A DNA stretch of 38,829 nucleotides from a virus (lineage: Duplodnaviria > Caudoviricetes). The DNA lies in the IMG/VR virus record IMGVR_UViG_3300020395_000036, positions 1 through 38,829 of that record, one strand, 5' to 3'. The notes below the pieces were generated by a model. It did no database searches. It had not been told where the DNA came from and saw only the letters and a list, made by a program, of their open reading frames with translations. The translations under genes were made by a program, and so were the position numbers. Positions 28,601 through 36,361 of this stretch are shown in pieces; position 1 is the stretch's first letter, and the number at the start of each line of letters is the position of its first letter.

Positions 28601-30208
28601 AATGGTTCTGGTTATGTTGTAGGTGAAATTTTAACACTTAATGTGGAAGGTACTTCAGATTTGAATAGAGGTGCTGGTGCTCAGTTTGTAGTAACTGATA
28701 TTAAAGCAGATATTGATACATTATTCTTAACTGATGTTCAGGGTGAGAAATTTGTTACTAATGACAATATTATTCATTATGGAGCAGCAAATGATACAAG
28801 AACACTTTTAGGCAATAACGCAAAACATTCAGCAGATTCTGTTGTTGTTAGTGATCAAAATTCTGGAAATGTCTTAGAAGTGATACAGCATAATCATGCA
28901 CATCATGGAGTTAATAACAAAATTAGAATTACTGGAGTTTATCCCGATACAGTTAAGACAACAATTACGCAAGATCTTGGTCAAGGTGATACACAGGTTT
29001 CTGTTGCTAGTACCAATCCAGAGTTTAAGTATTTTGGTGGAATTTCAACTGATAGAGGACAGGCATTAATTAATGGTGAAGTTGTAGATTATATTACTTC
29101 TCCTGGTAATATATTAAGCCTATCAGCAAGAGGGCAAGGTGATACTATTGCTTTATCTCATTTTGAGGGTGATAGTATTCAACCATATGAAGCTAATGGT
29201 ATGCCTTTAGTTATGATTAATACTGATCATGATATACCTAGTACTCAAACATTGAGAGATGCTTCTAATATTGACAACTATTTCTTAGAAATAGATAGAT
29301 CACTAATAAGTAGTGGAAATAGATCAACTGGAAAAAATCAAATTAGTTTTACTAATGAAAGAGCTATTGGTGGATCAAATTCTTCAATATCACAAAATCA
29401 TCAGTTTAATTCATGTTCTGCTAAATTAAATGTTATCACACCAGGTACAACTCGTGTTAGTTCTTCCTTTAGAACTATAAGTGGTACTAGTGCTGATGGT
29501 AATGAGGTTTCCTTTATCGATCAAGGATTTGAACCTACTATTCTTAATGAAACAACATTCTTCCCAACTCCTAGACTTGTTGCTTCTAAACTTAATGAAG
29601 CAGAGAGATTAGATTCCTTACCTAGAAATAAATCTCTTACTCTAACTGTTGATTTTAATTCAAGTGATCCTAATTTATCACCAGTATTAGATGTTCAGAA
29701 TGCAAACTTTATTCTTGGTAGAAATAAAGTTAATAATCCAATTGGTGCGGATAATTATGCCACTGATGATAGAACAAATCAAATTAGTGGAGATCCACAT
29801 GGATCAATTTATGTTACAAAGAAAGTTAACTTAAAGCAACCATCAACTTCTTTGAAAGTATTTGTTGCTGCTAATGTTCAACCAGAAGCAGACTTTAGAG
29901 TTTATTATAGATTATTTACTGGAGATTCTAGTGAAGTTAAACAATCATATAGAGCATTCCCAGGATATAAGAATCTAATCGATAGTAATGGTGATGGATT
30001 TGGTGATACTGTTATAGATTCATCTAATAATGATGGTAGAGCAGATGCTTTAGTTAAGAAGAATGGTCAAGAGGACTTCTCAGAATACCAATTTACTGCT
30101 AATGATTTGGAGCAGTTTAGTGGATTTACAATTAAGATTGTAATGACATCTACTAATGAATGTGTTCCTATTAGACTTAAAGACTTTAGAGCAATTGCTT
30201 TAGCGTGA
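22604..30208 (+). CDS. vrlC: VrlC-like (DUF4815-type) large baseplate/tail structural protein, 2534 aa
   Basis: NLNISPYYDDFD..YYKVLFKPG..VQARELT.LQSILQNQ, APGADR, RTYDESGNY, YYLPRIDK, RFKSGF, DPLAQSF, GSLFKSQN, C-terminal FRAIALA. Confidence 0.85.
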   Translation: MPQKTNLNISPYYDDFDKAKNYYKVLFKPGYPVQARELTGLQSILQNQVESFGNHIFKEGSMVIPGSVTYDSTYFSCKVNPDHLGIDISIYLDALIANGGTKIKGQTSQISAKIINYILPPKEGVDEITIFVKYTSSDTAGESTHFPSSEIIVLEENVTYGNTTINSGDTVLTLVSDNPTATGSAVGVDKGVYFLRGTFVDVPKATVVLEPYSNKPSYRVGFEIVEEIVTSNDDTSLNDNAKGFTNYAAPGADRFRITTKLTKKALDDFDDINFVELVRVRKGEIKKIQNSTVYSEIRKWIAKRTYDESGNYALDPFNVTVQNSLNDEIGSNGLYLDTEKTDEGGTPTDDLMCVKLSPGKAYVRGFDVPLPGTTVLDVDKPRDTKTIKSSSVPFRMGSLLRVNNVEGTPFVSIGTKKGGAAQVGVGNTVALYARRKGSTSGATPQNDVGSAVVGQARVYSFNASDDTYKGDDTEWDLFLYDVQTYTVLTIDPGQGGLLYQSGTLAPSGSRVRGMNSGATGYVEDHPNTNEINIIQTSGTFVQGEKIVFNERTSNVGVNTSTATIEAVTTYTTDDIKSVFQQSDDIGGLGAAFSADAVLYPRTLPNFSKGDILNVEDDKGTSLNRRFSGNIGIKTDSIIQYNVAGTIDGNSVPVPKWNRVSAISANGTELTFDTIETVDNLCNGMKLSGGAKSESTFSVMSPRLINLNRSGLYSKLAKKNIASADFSSSNLTITRQLRNRTVSATGITINASEAFENSGEDGALGITTAFFEPFDAEKYSIHYSDGTIEKLTSDQVVITTGGSVINFKALAKTSGSADVNVTLKKLGIASRTKNYIRSEKLEVTKSNNVSTEASGLSQSKSYGLRVEDQEISLNVPDAVKVLAVYESTNTATPVLDSLEFVSGLGLDVNTYVGEQVIGTQSRAIGQVVNRKSATTTEFVYLNGNKFVKGETVKFKESNISSVAQKVTEGSYVDRTDNYDLDKGHRKQFSDYSRIVRKGTSGKPSKRLLIIFDYYEVAPNTSGDFFTVNSYTKERYTKDIPAIAGNRASDVLDFRPRVRKFVESDLPFTTDAKSPFAYSHRIFETTTRYVVTPDESTIVGYSYYLPRIDKLVINKNEQVKLIKGVSDDRPAPPTEVGDSMEIAQITLPPYLYDPVKGPAIRMYDNRRFTMRDIGKLEKRISNLEVMTSLTALELDTKSLQVTDADGTDRFKSGFVVNDFKNRDFINFNGEDSSRCDVDVINQELISAVDSWSMKAELGVNPAIDVQTADMSSNLSLLDPNCQKTGDLITLKYDEVEWINQPQASGFENINPFNVIVYVGAVKLDPPSDNWTRTIYIDNFRQESTGNTWNTIANVVSDTTTTDTDVSVTSEEIETDQDVFDGNHVDTTTTTTTTTTQTVETSFTNQMTGDNREMDYIESVKISGATDPFMRSRNVYFAANGLKPDTKHIHKLDSGVPDVFPKLIEITTTSGSSGFSVGENVKVMNGGVQIGYVKAQAPNHKFGDTNRPEFAAGLGHPAVTVEKYTVDPFDMSRPGPASTYSSTSVLFNCDCIALANSDNYWGYVLKGATLIGETTGTEATVTNIDLMSDNWGDVLGAWFFRDANVTPQPSVLFYTGTKTFRITANTTGEFVPPGAGALSSDATGTYRATGTILTQTTGTVGVRNPPPPAQKPNEITSTVNVNSDSSTTRVEAPYRDPLAQSFTVDETGAFLTSVDVFFRTKDDNAKVFVELREVELGTPTTFLVQDFAQTTLNPDQIKVSTDASEATTVKFPSPIYLESGKEYAIVFLSPGSDGFEMYVATMGEKNLTPPVGLPATSDQSQFGVVTKQYIGGSLFKSQNGSIWTPSQYQDLKFTLRKAAFASSGTATFYNTSIEPGNGNTMRLPTNPVRTLPRKIRCSVTNITETEAESIPVGRKISTGLITDKEDNSITGVIEDRGGPIESAKLKLINKGAGYSAGTTAEQSGDKNVAAAEFISNGSGTGATANVTIDNVNGVVKSINSNTNGSGYVVGEILTLNVEGTSDLNRGAGAQFVVTDIKADIDTLFLTDVQGEKFVTNDNIIHYGAANDTRTLLGNNAKHSADSVVVSDQNSGNVLEVIQHNHAHHGVNNKIRITGVYPDTVKTTITQDLGQGDTQVSVASTNPEFKYFGGISTDRGQALINGEVVDYITSPGNILSLSARGQGDTIALSHFEGDSIQPYEANGMPLVMINTDHDIPSTQTLRDASNIDNYFLEIDRSLISSGNRSTGKNQISFTNERAIGGSNSSISQNHQFNSCSAKLNVITPGTTRVSSSFRTISGTSADGNEVSFIDQGFEPTILNETTFFPTPRLVASKLNEAERLDSLPRNKSLTLTVDFNSSDPNLSPVLDVQNANFILGRNKVNNPIGADNYATDDRTNQISGDPHGSIYVTKKVNLKQPSTSLKVFVAANVQPEADFRVYYRLFTGDSSEVKQSYRAFPGYKNLIDSNGDGFGDTVIDSSNNDGRADALVKKNGQEDFSEYQFTANDLEQFSGFTIKIVMTSTNECVPIRLKDFRAIALA

Positions 30209-30342
30209 GGAATTCTGTAAATCCAGCAACTAAATTTATTATAGATCCTAGTGGATCTGGTAAATTAGTAAAATTTCATCTCCCAATAGATCTTAGAACT
30301 GTTGAGGATAAATTAAAACAATATCCGTTTAATCAGATATGA
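30205..30342 (+). CDS. hypothetical protein (45 aa; not in the ORF track)
   Basis: GTG start overlaps the vrlC stop (GTGA) and its stop overlaps the next ATG (ATGA): MRNSVNPATKFIIDPSGSGKLVKFHLPIDLRTVEDKLKQYPFNQI*. Confidence 0.6.
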   Translation: MRNSVNPATKFIIDPSGSGKLVKFHLPIDLRTVEDKLKQYPFNQI

Positions 30343-30539
30343 AAACCTTTAAACAGTTTATAGAAGATTACTCAGTTGGTGGTGGTTTAACACCTAAACA
30401 GATGTTAGGTCCTGGTACTCAGTGGTTTAGAACTCCTGCTGAAAAAATGAAAGAAAATCAAAGATTTATAAGAGTTGCTCCAGGATTTATTCCAAATTGG
30501 TTACAAGCAAAAAAATCCAAATCAGTTAAAAAAGCATGA
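30339..30539 (+). CDS. small basic protein with a T4 capsid-targeting-like N-terminus (candidate internal head protein)
   Basis: MKTFKQFIED resembles the T4 IPII/IPIII targeting sequence MKTYQEFIAE. Confidence 0.65.
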   Translation: MKTFKQFIEDYSVGGGLTPKQMLGPGTQWFRTPAEKMKENQRFIRVAPGFIPNWLQAKKSKSVKKA

Positions 30540-30736
30540 TACCAGTTGAAGGACATAAAGATCTATTTCGTGATGAGAAAACAGGTGCTATAGTCAGTAC
30601 GGATACTAGTGGATATAGTAACTATATTACTAGAAAAAACAAAAAACTTGATGAAAGAGCAGAATTGGATGCGATGAAGAATGATATTAATGAGATTAAA
30701 CAACTACTTAAGAATTTAACTAATCAGATAACATAA
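30536..30736 (+). CDS. conserved T4-like hypothetical protein (C-terminal coiled coil)
   Basis: PVEGH..LFRD..TGAIV N-terminus, then EL..MK.DI.EIK.LL heptads; usual position after vrlC. Confidence 0.8.
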   Translation: MIPVEGHKDLFRDEKTGAIVSTDTSGYSNYITRKNKKLDERAELDAMKNDINEIKQLLKNLTNQIT

Positions 30737-30743
30737 ATAAATA
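30733..30743 (+). promoter_or_regulatory. late promoter (two overlapping ATAAATA)
   Basis: ATAAATA at 30733-30739 and 30737-30743, upstream of ATG 30769. Confidence 0.65.
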
Positions 30744-30768
30744 TATAGATTCTGAATTGCTTACATAA

Positions 30769-30996
30769 ATGGCAGACATTAAGGTACGAATTGGGCAACA
30801 TAATGCAGTGAAGGTTGTTTCCTCACTTGCTGGTGCTCAGGGACTATCTCTCTCAGAGCTCAGTGATGTCAATGCCTCGACTCTGTTAAATGGAATGGTA
30901 TTAGTCTACAATTCAGCAACCCAGAAATGGGATGCTACTAATGAATTAACACCTGGAACGGAACAAAATTTAAACATTAACGGGGGTAACTTTTAA
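30769..30996 (+). CDS. small virion structural protein (fibre-associated)
   Basis: LSELSDV....NG.VLVYN....KW motif typical of phage fibre repeats; ends INGGNF like the LDGGTF end of the next gene. Confidence 0.7.
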   Translation: MADIKVRIGQHNAVKVVSSLAGAQGLSLSELSDVNASTLLNGMVLVYNSATQKWDATNELTPGTEQNLNINGGNF

Positions 30997-32568
30997 ATGG
31001 CTAGTATTATAAGGATCAAACGATCCTCTGGTACTGATAAACCCGCCAGTCTAAATTGGGGTGAATTAGCATATGTAACTGGTATTGGTAGTTACGGTGG
31101 TATCAACCAATATAAGGATAGGATATATGTTGGTGATGATGGGAATAATGTTCATTCAGTAGGTGGTCATTTCTACACCTCTATGATGGAACACGCAGCA
31201 GGTGCTATTGCTGGTGTTCAAAATACAAGAAACCAAGATGGTGGTATAGTTGCGATACTTGATAATCAGAGAAAGGTTGATCAGTGGAATGTAGATAACC
31301 TTAGAATGGATTTGAATACAATATCATCTACTAATGTGGATGGTGATGTTATATTCAATACTAATGGTGATGGACATGTTAATGTTGTAGATGATACATA
31401 TCTGTCATTTGGTTCTGATAAAGATGCCAAAATAGAATATGATGAAGACGGTGATGATAATGTAAAGGTAACTGGTGCTTCATGGGAATTTGATACTAGT
31501 GTTAAAGTTACTGGTAGATCTAAGTTTGGATGTGTTGGAATAAGTTCTAATGTTATTGAAACTGAAGCAGGATGTGGAGATCTTCTGTTTATTGACCCGT
31601 ATCCAGATGGATTAAGTAATGAAGGTACTGTTGTTATAAAAGGTAGTTTACAAGTAGATGGAACAACAACATCTGTAAACTCTACAACATCAACTTTAAA
31701 TGACCCTATTCTACACTTGGGTGATCTTACTAGTGAAAGAACAGTAACACAACCTGTTCTTACTGGTATTAGCACAATTACTTTAGATTCTGTTATTGGT
31801 ATTAATACTGGTGATGTTATTTCTGGAAGTTCTGCTTTGTCAGCATCTGGTGTAGCAACAGTTACTGAGTATGATACTACTACTAGAATAGTTACTATTG
31901 ATCAAACAATAGTTGCTTCTGGTATTACTACCACTACACAGTTAACTATTACTCACGCATACGATACTAATACTGATCGTGGTATTTCTTTCGGATACAA
32001 TACAAGTAATGGTGCTGGTAATAATAAGATGGGATTCTTTGGTTATATTGACCAAACAAATCCAGGTAGTAGTGCTGTAGAAAGATCTTGGACTTATATT
32101 CCTGATGCTAGTACTGCTAATGCTTTAGTAACTGGAACTAGAGGATTCCTTGATATTAAAGGTATATACTATCAAACAGGTGATTTCAATACTCACGGTG
32201 TTGTATATTTTGATGAGAATGGACTACAGACATCAACTAATGCTGTAGCATCTCCCGTTAACACATCAAAACAAGTATTGACTGCTGTTACTAAAATAGA
32301 CATGGGTTTATCTGGTAATGTAACAGTTAGTGTTGGTGATATTATTAGACAAGATACCAGTAATGCTTATGGTGTTGTTGAGACTGGTTTAACTGGTAAT
32401 TCAATAAGTTTGGTTGGTGTTGAAGGTACATTTGATACTACTAACAATTTAAGAAAAGAAGGTAATAATGGTGCAATTGAAAACTTATCCGTAACAGCAT
32501 CCTCTGTTAGTGTGATATATACTAATAAGCCTAGTTGGACTTCTACACTAGACGGAGGTACTTTCTAA
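30997..32568 (+). CDS. tail-fibre-like structural protein
   Basis: MASIIRIKRS..P..L.WGELA N-terminal attachment-type motif, V.I.G.LQVDGTTT.VNS, DRGISF; beta-rich Gly/Thr/Asp composition. Confidence 0.7.
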   Translation: MASIIRIKRSSGTDKPASLNWGELAYVTGIGSYGGINQYKDRIYVGDDGNNVHSVGGHFYTSMMEHAAGAIAGVQNTRNQDGGIVAILDNQRKVDQWNVDNLRMDLNTISSTNVDGDVIFNTNGDGHVNVVDDTYLSFGSDKDAKIEYDEDGDDNVKVTGASWEFDTSVKVTGRSKFGCVGISSNVIETEAGCGDLLFIDPYPDGLSNEGTVVIKGSLQVDGTTTSVNSTTSTLNDPILHLGDLTSERTVTQPVLTGISTITLDSVIGINTGDVISGSSALSASGVATVTEYDTTTRIVTIDQTIVASGITTTTQLTITHAYDTNTDRGISFGYNTSNGAGNNKMGFFGYIDQTNPGSSAVERSWTYIPDASTANALVTGTRGFLDIKGIYYQTGDFNTHGVVYFDENGLQTSTNAVASPVNTSKQVLTAVTKIDMGLSGNVTVSVGDIIRQDTSNAYGVVETGLTGNSISLVGVEGTFDTTNNLRKEGNNGAIENLSVTASSVSVIYTNKPSWTSTLDGGTF

Positions 32569-32577
32569 CAATAGATT

Positions 32578-32814
32578 ATGCAACAACCAAATAATGGAAG
32601 TGACGTTGACGTTAATGTTTTAGTGAATCTATATCATCAAAGACTTTCTAATACATTAAATCAAAATGTTCTTTTAGAAGCAAAAATTGAAACAATGAAA
32701 AGAGATTTTGAAGAAGAAAAAAACAGTCTTCTACAAGATATAGCAGAATTACAAGAAAAAATTGAGTCTGCTCCTAAACCTAAGAAACCAACTAATAATA
32801 TAGCATCAAGATAA
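32578..32814 (+). CDS. hypothetical coiled-coil protein
   Basis: 78 aa with LNQNVLLEAKI heptads; lies between the fibre gene and gp13. Confidence 0.75.
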   Translation: MQQPNNGSDVDVNVLVNLYHQRLSNTLNQNVLLEAKIETMKRDFEEEKNSLLQDIAELQEKIESAPKPKKPTNNIASR

Positions 32815-33660
32815 ATGGCGAAACCATCAACCAGACAAGGACTTATTGATTATTGCTTAAGAAAGCTAGGTGCTCCTGTATTGGAAATTAATGTTGCTGA
32901 TGATCAAATAGATGATTTAGTTGATGATGCTATTCAATTATTTAATGAACGTCATTTTGATGGTGTTGAGAGAATGTATCTTAAATACAAACTCACACAA
33001 GATGATATTGATAGGGGAACTGGAAAAGGTACTGATGGAGTTGGCATTGTAACAACAACAGGAACATCAACTAATATATCTGGATATGGCACTACTACAA
33101 GTAATTGGTATGAGACTTCCAATTTTTTACAGGTTCCAGATTCTGTAGTTGGAGTAGAGAAAATATTTAAATTTGATACCAGTTCAATATCTGGTGGAAT
33201 GTTTAGTATAAAGTATCAGTTATTTTTAAATGATCTTTATTACTTTAATTCTGTAGAATTGCTTCAGTATGCTATGGTAAAATCGTATCTTGAAGATATT
33301 GATTTTCTGTTAACAACTGATAAGCAAGTAAGATTTAATAAGAGACAAGATAGATTATATTTGGATATAGATTGGGGTGCTGAAACTAAAGGTAATTGGT
33401 TAATACTTGATTGCTATAGAGCGTTAGATCCAAATTCATTTACTCAAGTTTATAATGATGTATTCTTAAAACAGTATCTCACTGCTCTCATAAAGAGACA
33501 ATGGGGTCAAAATATGAGTAAATTTAAGGGTGTTAAGTTACCAGGTGGCATAGAAATGAATGGAGCAGAGATTCTTCAGCAAGCAGAATCTGAATTGGAG
33601 ACTTTACGAGGTAGAATGTTCTCTGAGTATGAGTTACCACCATACGACTTTATAGGATAA
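32815..33660 (+). CDS. gp13: neck protein gp13 (head-tail adaptor)
   Basis: LIDYCLRKLGAPVLEINV, QWGQNMSKF.GVKLPGG..MNG motifs. Confidence 0.95.
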   Translation: MAKPSTRQGLIDYCLRKLGAPVLEINVADDQIDDLVDDAIQLFNERHFDGVERMYLKYKLTQDDIDRGTGKGTDGVGIVTTTGTSTNISGYGTTTSNWYETSNFLQVPDSVVGVEKIFKFDTSSISGGMFSIKYQLFLNDLYYFNSVELLQYAMVKSYLEDIDFLLTTDKQVRFNKRQDRLYLDIDWGAETKGNWLILDCYRALDPNSFTQVYNDVFLKQYLTALIKRQWGQNMSKFKGVKLPGGIEMNGAEILQQAESELETLRGRMFSEYELPPYDFIG

Positions 33661-33664
33661 AAAT

Positions 33665-35074
33665 ATGGCATTAAATCCATTTTTCCTACAAGGTGCTCAG
33701 TCAGAACAAAGACTAACACAAGATTTAATAAACGAACACCTAAGAATGTTTGGTGTTGAAATAACATATATTCCAAGAAAATTTATAGGGACTGATGATG
33801 TTTGGAATGAAGTAGAATCTTCTAAATTTGATGATAATTTCAGTATAGAAGCATATGTTAATACATATGAGGGTTATTCTGGTGCTGGTGATGTATTAAC
33901 TAAATTTGGTATGAATATTCGTGATGAAGTTGATCTTACAATATCTAAAGAAAGATTTGAAGATTTCATCGCACCATTTATGGCAGGTTTAGATGATGGT
34001 ACTGATGATAGTGAAATGGTTTTAACATCTAGACCAAGAGAAGGTGATTTAATATATTTTCCTTTAGGACAAAGATTATTTGAAGTTAAGTTTGTAGAAC
34101 ATGAAGATCCATTTTACCAATTAGGTAAGAATTATGTTTATCAACTTAAATGTGAACTCTTTGAACTTGAAGATGAGGTTATTGATACTTCTATAGAAGC
34201 AATAGATACTCAAGTTAAGGATGAAGGTTATATTACAACACTTAAGTTGGTTGGTCTTGGAAGAACTGCTATTGCTACAGCATCAATAGGTAGTGGATAT
34301 GTAGAAGAAATATTCTTGAATAATGATGGATCAGGATTTACTTCAGCACCAACTATAACCTTTAGTGATTCACCTGCTAATGATACCACTAGAGCAATTG
34401 GTATAATGACAACCAGAGCAAATGTCACTTCTATAGAAAAGATTTTGGTATTGAATGCTGGTTCTGGATATAGTACTCCACCAACTATTAGTTTTAGTGG
34501 TGGTGGTGGAACTGGAGCAGCAGCAACTTGCTCTATTGGATCTGGATATAATGGTGTTGTTAGAGTTAATGTTATAGATGGTGGAGTTGGATATGGAACT
34601 GCACCTACTGTCACTATTTCTGCTCCTGGAAATGGAGTACAAGCAACTGGTATATCATCTGTAGGTCCTAGTGGACAAAATAGAATTGTTAAATTTGTTT
34701 ATGTTGATAATCCAGGTAAAGGATATACTTCAACACCAACAATAACTATTGCTGATCCAGAATCTATGGTTGGTGTAGGAACTTATCAATATAATGAAAC
34801 AGTTAAAGGTTCTAGGTCTGGTACAACTGCTACTGTTAGAAATTGGGACGGTGACACTAAAATACTTTTAGTTACAAATGTTGGAATTGGATCAACTGTA
34901 GCTGGATTTTATAGTGGTGAAGAAATTGTTGGACAAATATCAGGAGCAGCATATGCTACTGCTTCATATGATTCTGATGATGCTAATGATAAATATAGTG
35001 ATGGTGATGAGTTTGAGTTCCAAGCTGATCAAATCATTGATTTTACAGAATCTAATCCCTTTGGTGTAGTTTAA
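33665..35074 (+). CDS. gp14: neck/head-closure protein gp14 with internal G.GY repeat extension
   Basis: MALNPFF, EQRL.QDLINE, RPREGDLIYFP, FEVKFVEHE.PFYQLGK, DFTESNPFG. Confidence 0.93.
   Translation: MALNPFFLQGAQSEQRLTQDLINEHLRMFGVEITYIPRKFIGTDDVWNEVESSKFDDNFSIEAYVNTYEGYSGAGDVLTKFGMNIRDEVDLTISKERFEDFIAPFMAGLDDGTDDSEMVLTSRPREGDLIYFPLGQRLFEVKFVEHEDPFYQLGKNYVYQLKCELFELEDEVIDTSIEAIDTQVKDEGYITTLKLVGLGRTAIATASIGSGYVEEIFLNNDGSGFTSAPTITFSDSPANDTTRAIGIMTTRANVTSIEKILVLNAGSGYSTPPTISFSGGGGTGAAATCSIGSGYNGVVRVNVIDGGVGYGTAPTVTISAPGNGVQATGISSVGPSGQNRIVKFVYVDNPGKGYTSTPTITIADPESMVGVGTYQYNETVKGSRSGTTATVRNWDGDTKILLVTNVGIGSTVAGFYSGEEIVGQISGAAYATASYDSDDANDKYSDGDEFEFQADQIIDFTESNPFGVV
34989..34995 (+). promoter_or_regulatory. 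candidate internal late promoter for gp15
   Basis: ATAAATA about 80 nt upstream of the gp15 start, inside the gp14 3' end. Confidence 0.4.
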
Positions 35075-35916
35075 TGTTTGGTACATATTTTTATCACGAG
35101 ATAATAAGAAAAACTGTTATTTCTTTTGGAACAGTATTTAATGATATACATGTTCGCCATCAAGATAATACGGGAAAAGATCTTGTTGATACTAAGGTTC
35201 CTATTGCTTATGGACCTAGACAAAAATTCTTAGCAAGAATACAACAGCAACCAGAACTTAATAAAGCAATTGCTATAAGTTTGCCAAGAATGTCATTTGA
35301 GATGACATCTGTAACTTATGATCCGTCAAGAAAATCTGGTATTACTCAAACATTTAAAGCAAAGGATGGTAAGAAATTTAAGAAAGTATTCATGCCTGTT
35401 CCTTATAATTTAGGATTTCAATTAAATATTCTAACTAAATTACAGGACGATTCCTTACAAATACTTGAACAGATATTACCTTTCTTTCAACCAGGTTATA
35501 CATTAACAGTAGACTTAGTAAATTCTATTGGTGAAAAAAGAGATATTCCTTTAATATTAAATGGCATTTCTTATTCTGATGATTATGAAGGTAACTTTGA
35601 TACTAGAAGAGCATTAATATATACTTTAGATTTCACTGCCAAGTCTTACATGTTTGGTCCTATCGCAGATACTACAGATGGACTTATTCGTAAGGTTCAG
35701 GTTGATTACTATTCAGATACTGACACGAGAACTGCTAACCGTGAAATGAGATATAGAGTAGAATCAACTGCTAAGAAAGATTATAATGATGACCAGGTTA
35801 TTGATGCTGCTGACAACATGTTAATAGAACCAGGTGATGATTTTGGTTTTACAGAAACCAGAGAATTTTTTGGTGATTCTAAAGAGTACAGTCCCACTCG
35901 TAAAATAGATATTTAA
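35074..35916 (+). CDS. gp15: tail sheath stabilizer/completion protein gp15
   Basis: MFGTYFYHEIIRK, VPIAYGP.QKFLAR, LPRMSFE, PVPYN, QILEQILPFFQP. Confidence 0.95.
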   Translation: MFGTYFYHEIIRKTVISFGTVFNDIHVRHQDNTGKDLVDTKVPIAYGPRQKFLARIQQQPELNKAIAISLPRMSFEMTSVTYDPSRKSGITQTFKAKDGKKFKKVFMPVPYNLGFQLNILTKLQDDSLQILEQILPFFQPGYTLTVDLVNSIGEKRDIPLILNGISYSDDYEGNFDTRRALIYTLDFTAKSYMFGPIADTTDGLIRKVQVDYYSDTDTRTANREMRYRVESTAKKDYNDDQVIDAADNMLIEPGDDFGFTETREFFGDSKEYSPTRKIDI

Positions 35917-35918
35917 TT

Positions 35919-36353
35919 ATGAAAGATAATTATGATGATTTGAACGAAACTTTTAATACTGAACTTGAAGTTCAGCAGGTTAATGAAAATGGTTGCGTCC
36001 GAAGAAAGGAAGCAACCACTGATATTACTGATGATATTGACAAGGACTATAAGTATACTAGAGCACAATTATATTCATTAATAGAGAAAGGTCAAGAAGC
36101 ACTTAATGGTATATTGGAACTTGCTGGTGAAAGTGCTAGTCCAAGGGCATATGAAGTTGCTGGACAAATTATTAAGTCAGTTGGTGATACAACAGATAAG
36201 TTGGCAGATTTACAGAAGAAAGTTAAAGATTTGGATGAGGATGCTATAAAAGCACCAAGTAATGTTACGAATAATGCCTTATTTGTTGGTTCAACCAGTG
36301 AATTATCAAAGATGCTAAAAGATGGTATTCTAAATAATAATAACGCCAAATAA
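35919..36353 (+). CDS. gp16: terminase small subunit gp16
   Basis: DYKYTR..LY.LIEKGQEA, SPRAYEVAGQ, NNALFVGSTSEL.KML. Confidence 0.93.
   Translation: MKDNYDDLNETFNTELEVQQVNENGCVRRKEATTDITDDIDKDYKYTRAQLYSLIEKGQEALNGILELAGESASPRAYEVAGQIIKSVGDTTDKLADLQKKVKDLDEDAIKAPSNVTNNALFVGSTSELSKMLKDGILNNNNAK
36330..36336 (+). promoter_or_regulatory. candidate late promoter for the 771-aa gene
   Basis: CTAAATA variant inside the gp16 3' end, 25 nt before ATG 36362. Confidence 0.45.
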
Positions 36354-36361
36354 CTTGTTCA

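Noticed and set aside
5399-30208. Intein, intron or homing endonuclease explaining the giant ORFs
   Set aside because: No intein splice-junction blocks, LAGLIDADG or HNH motifs recognised; frames are continuous and their size is explained by structural repeats
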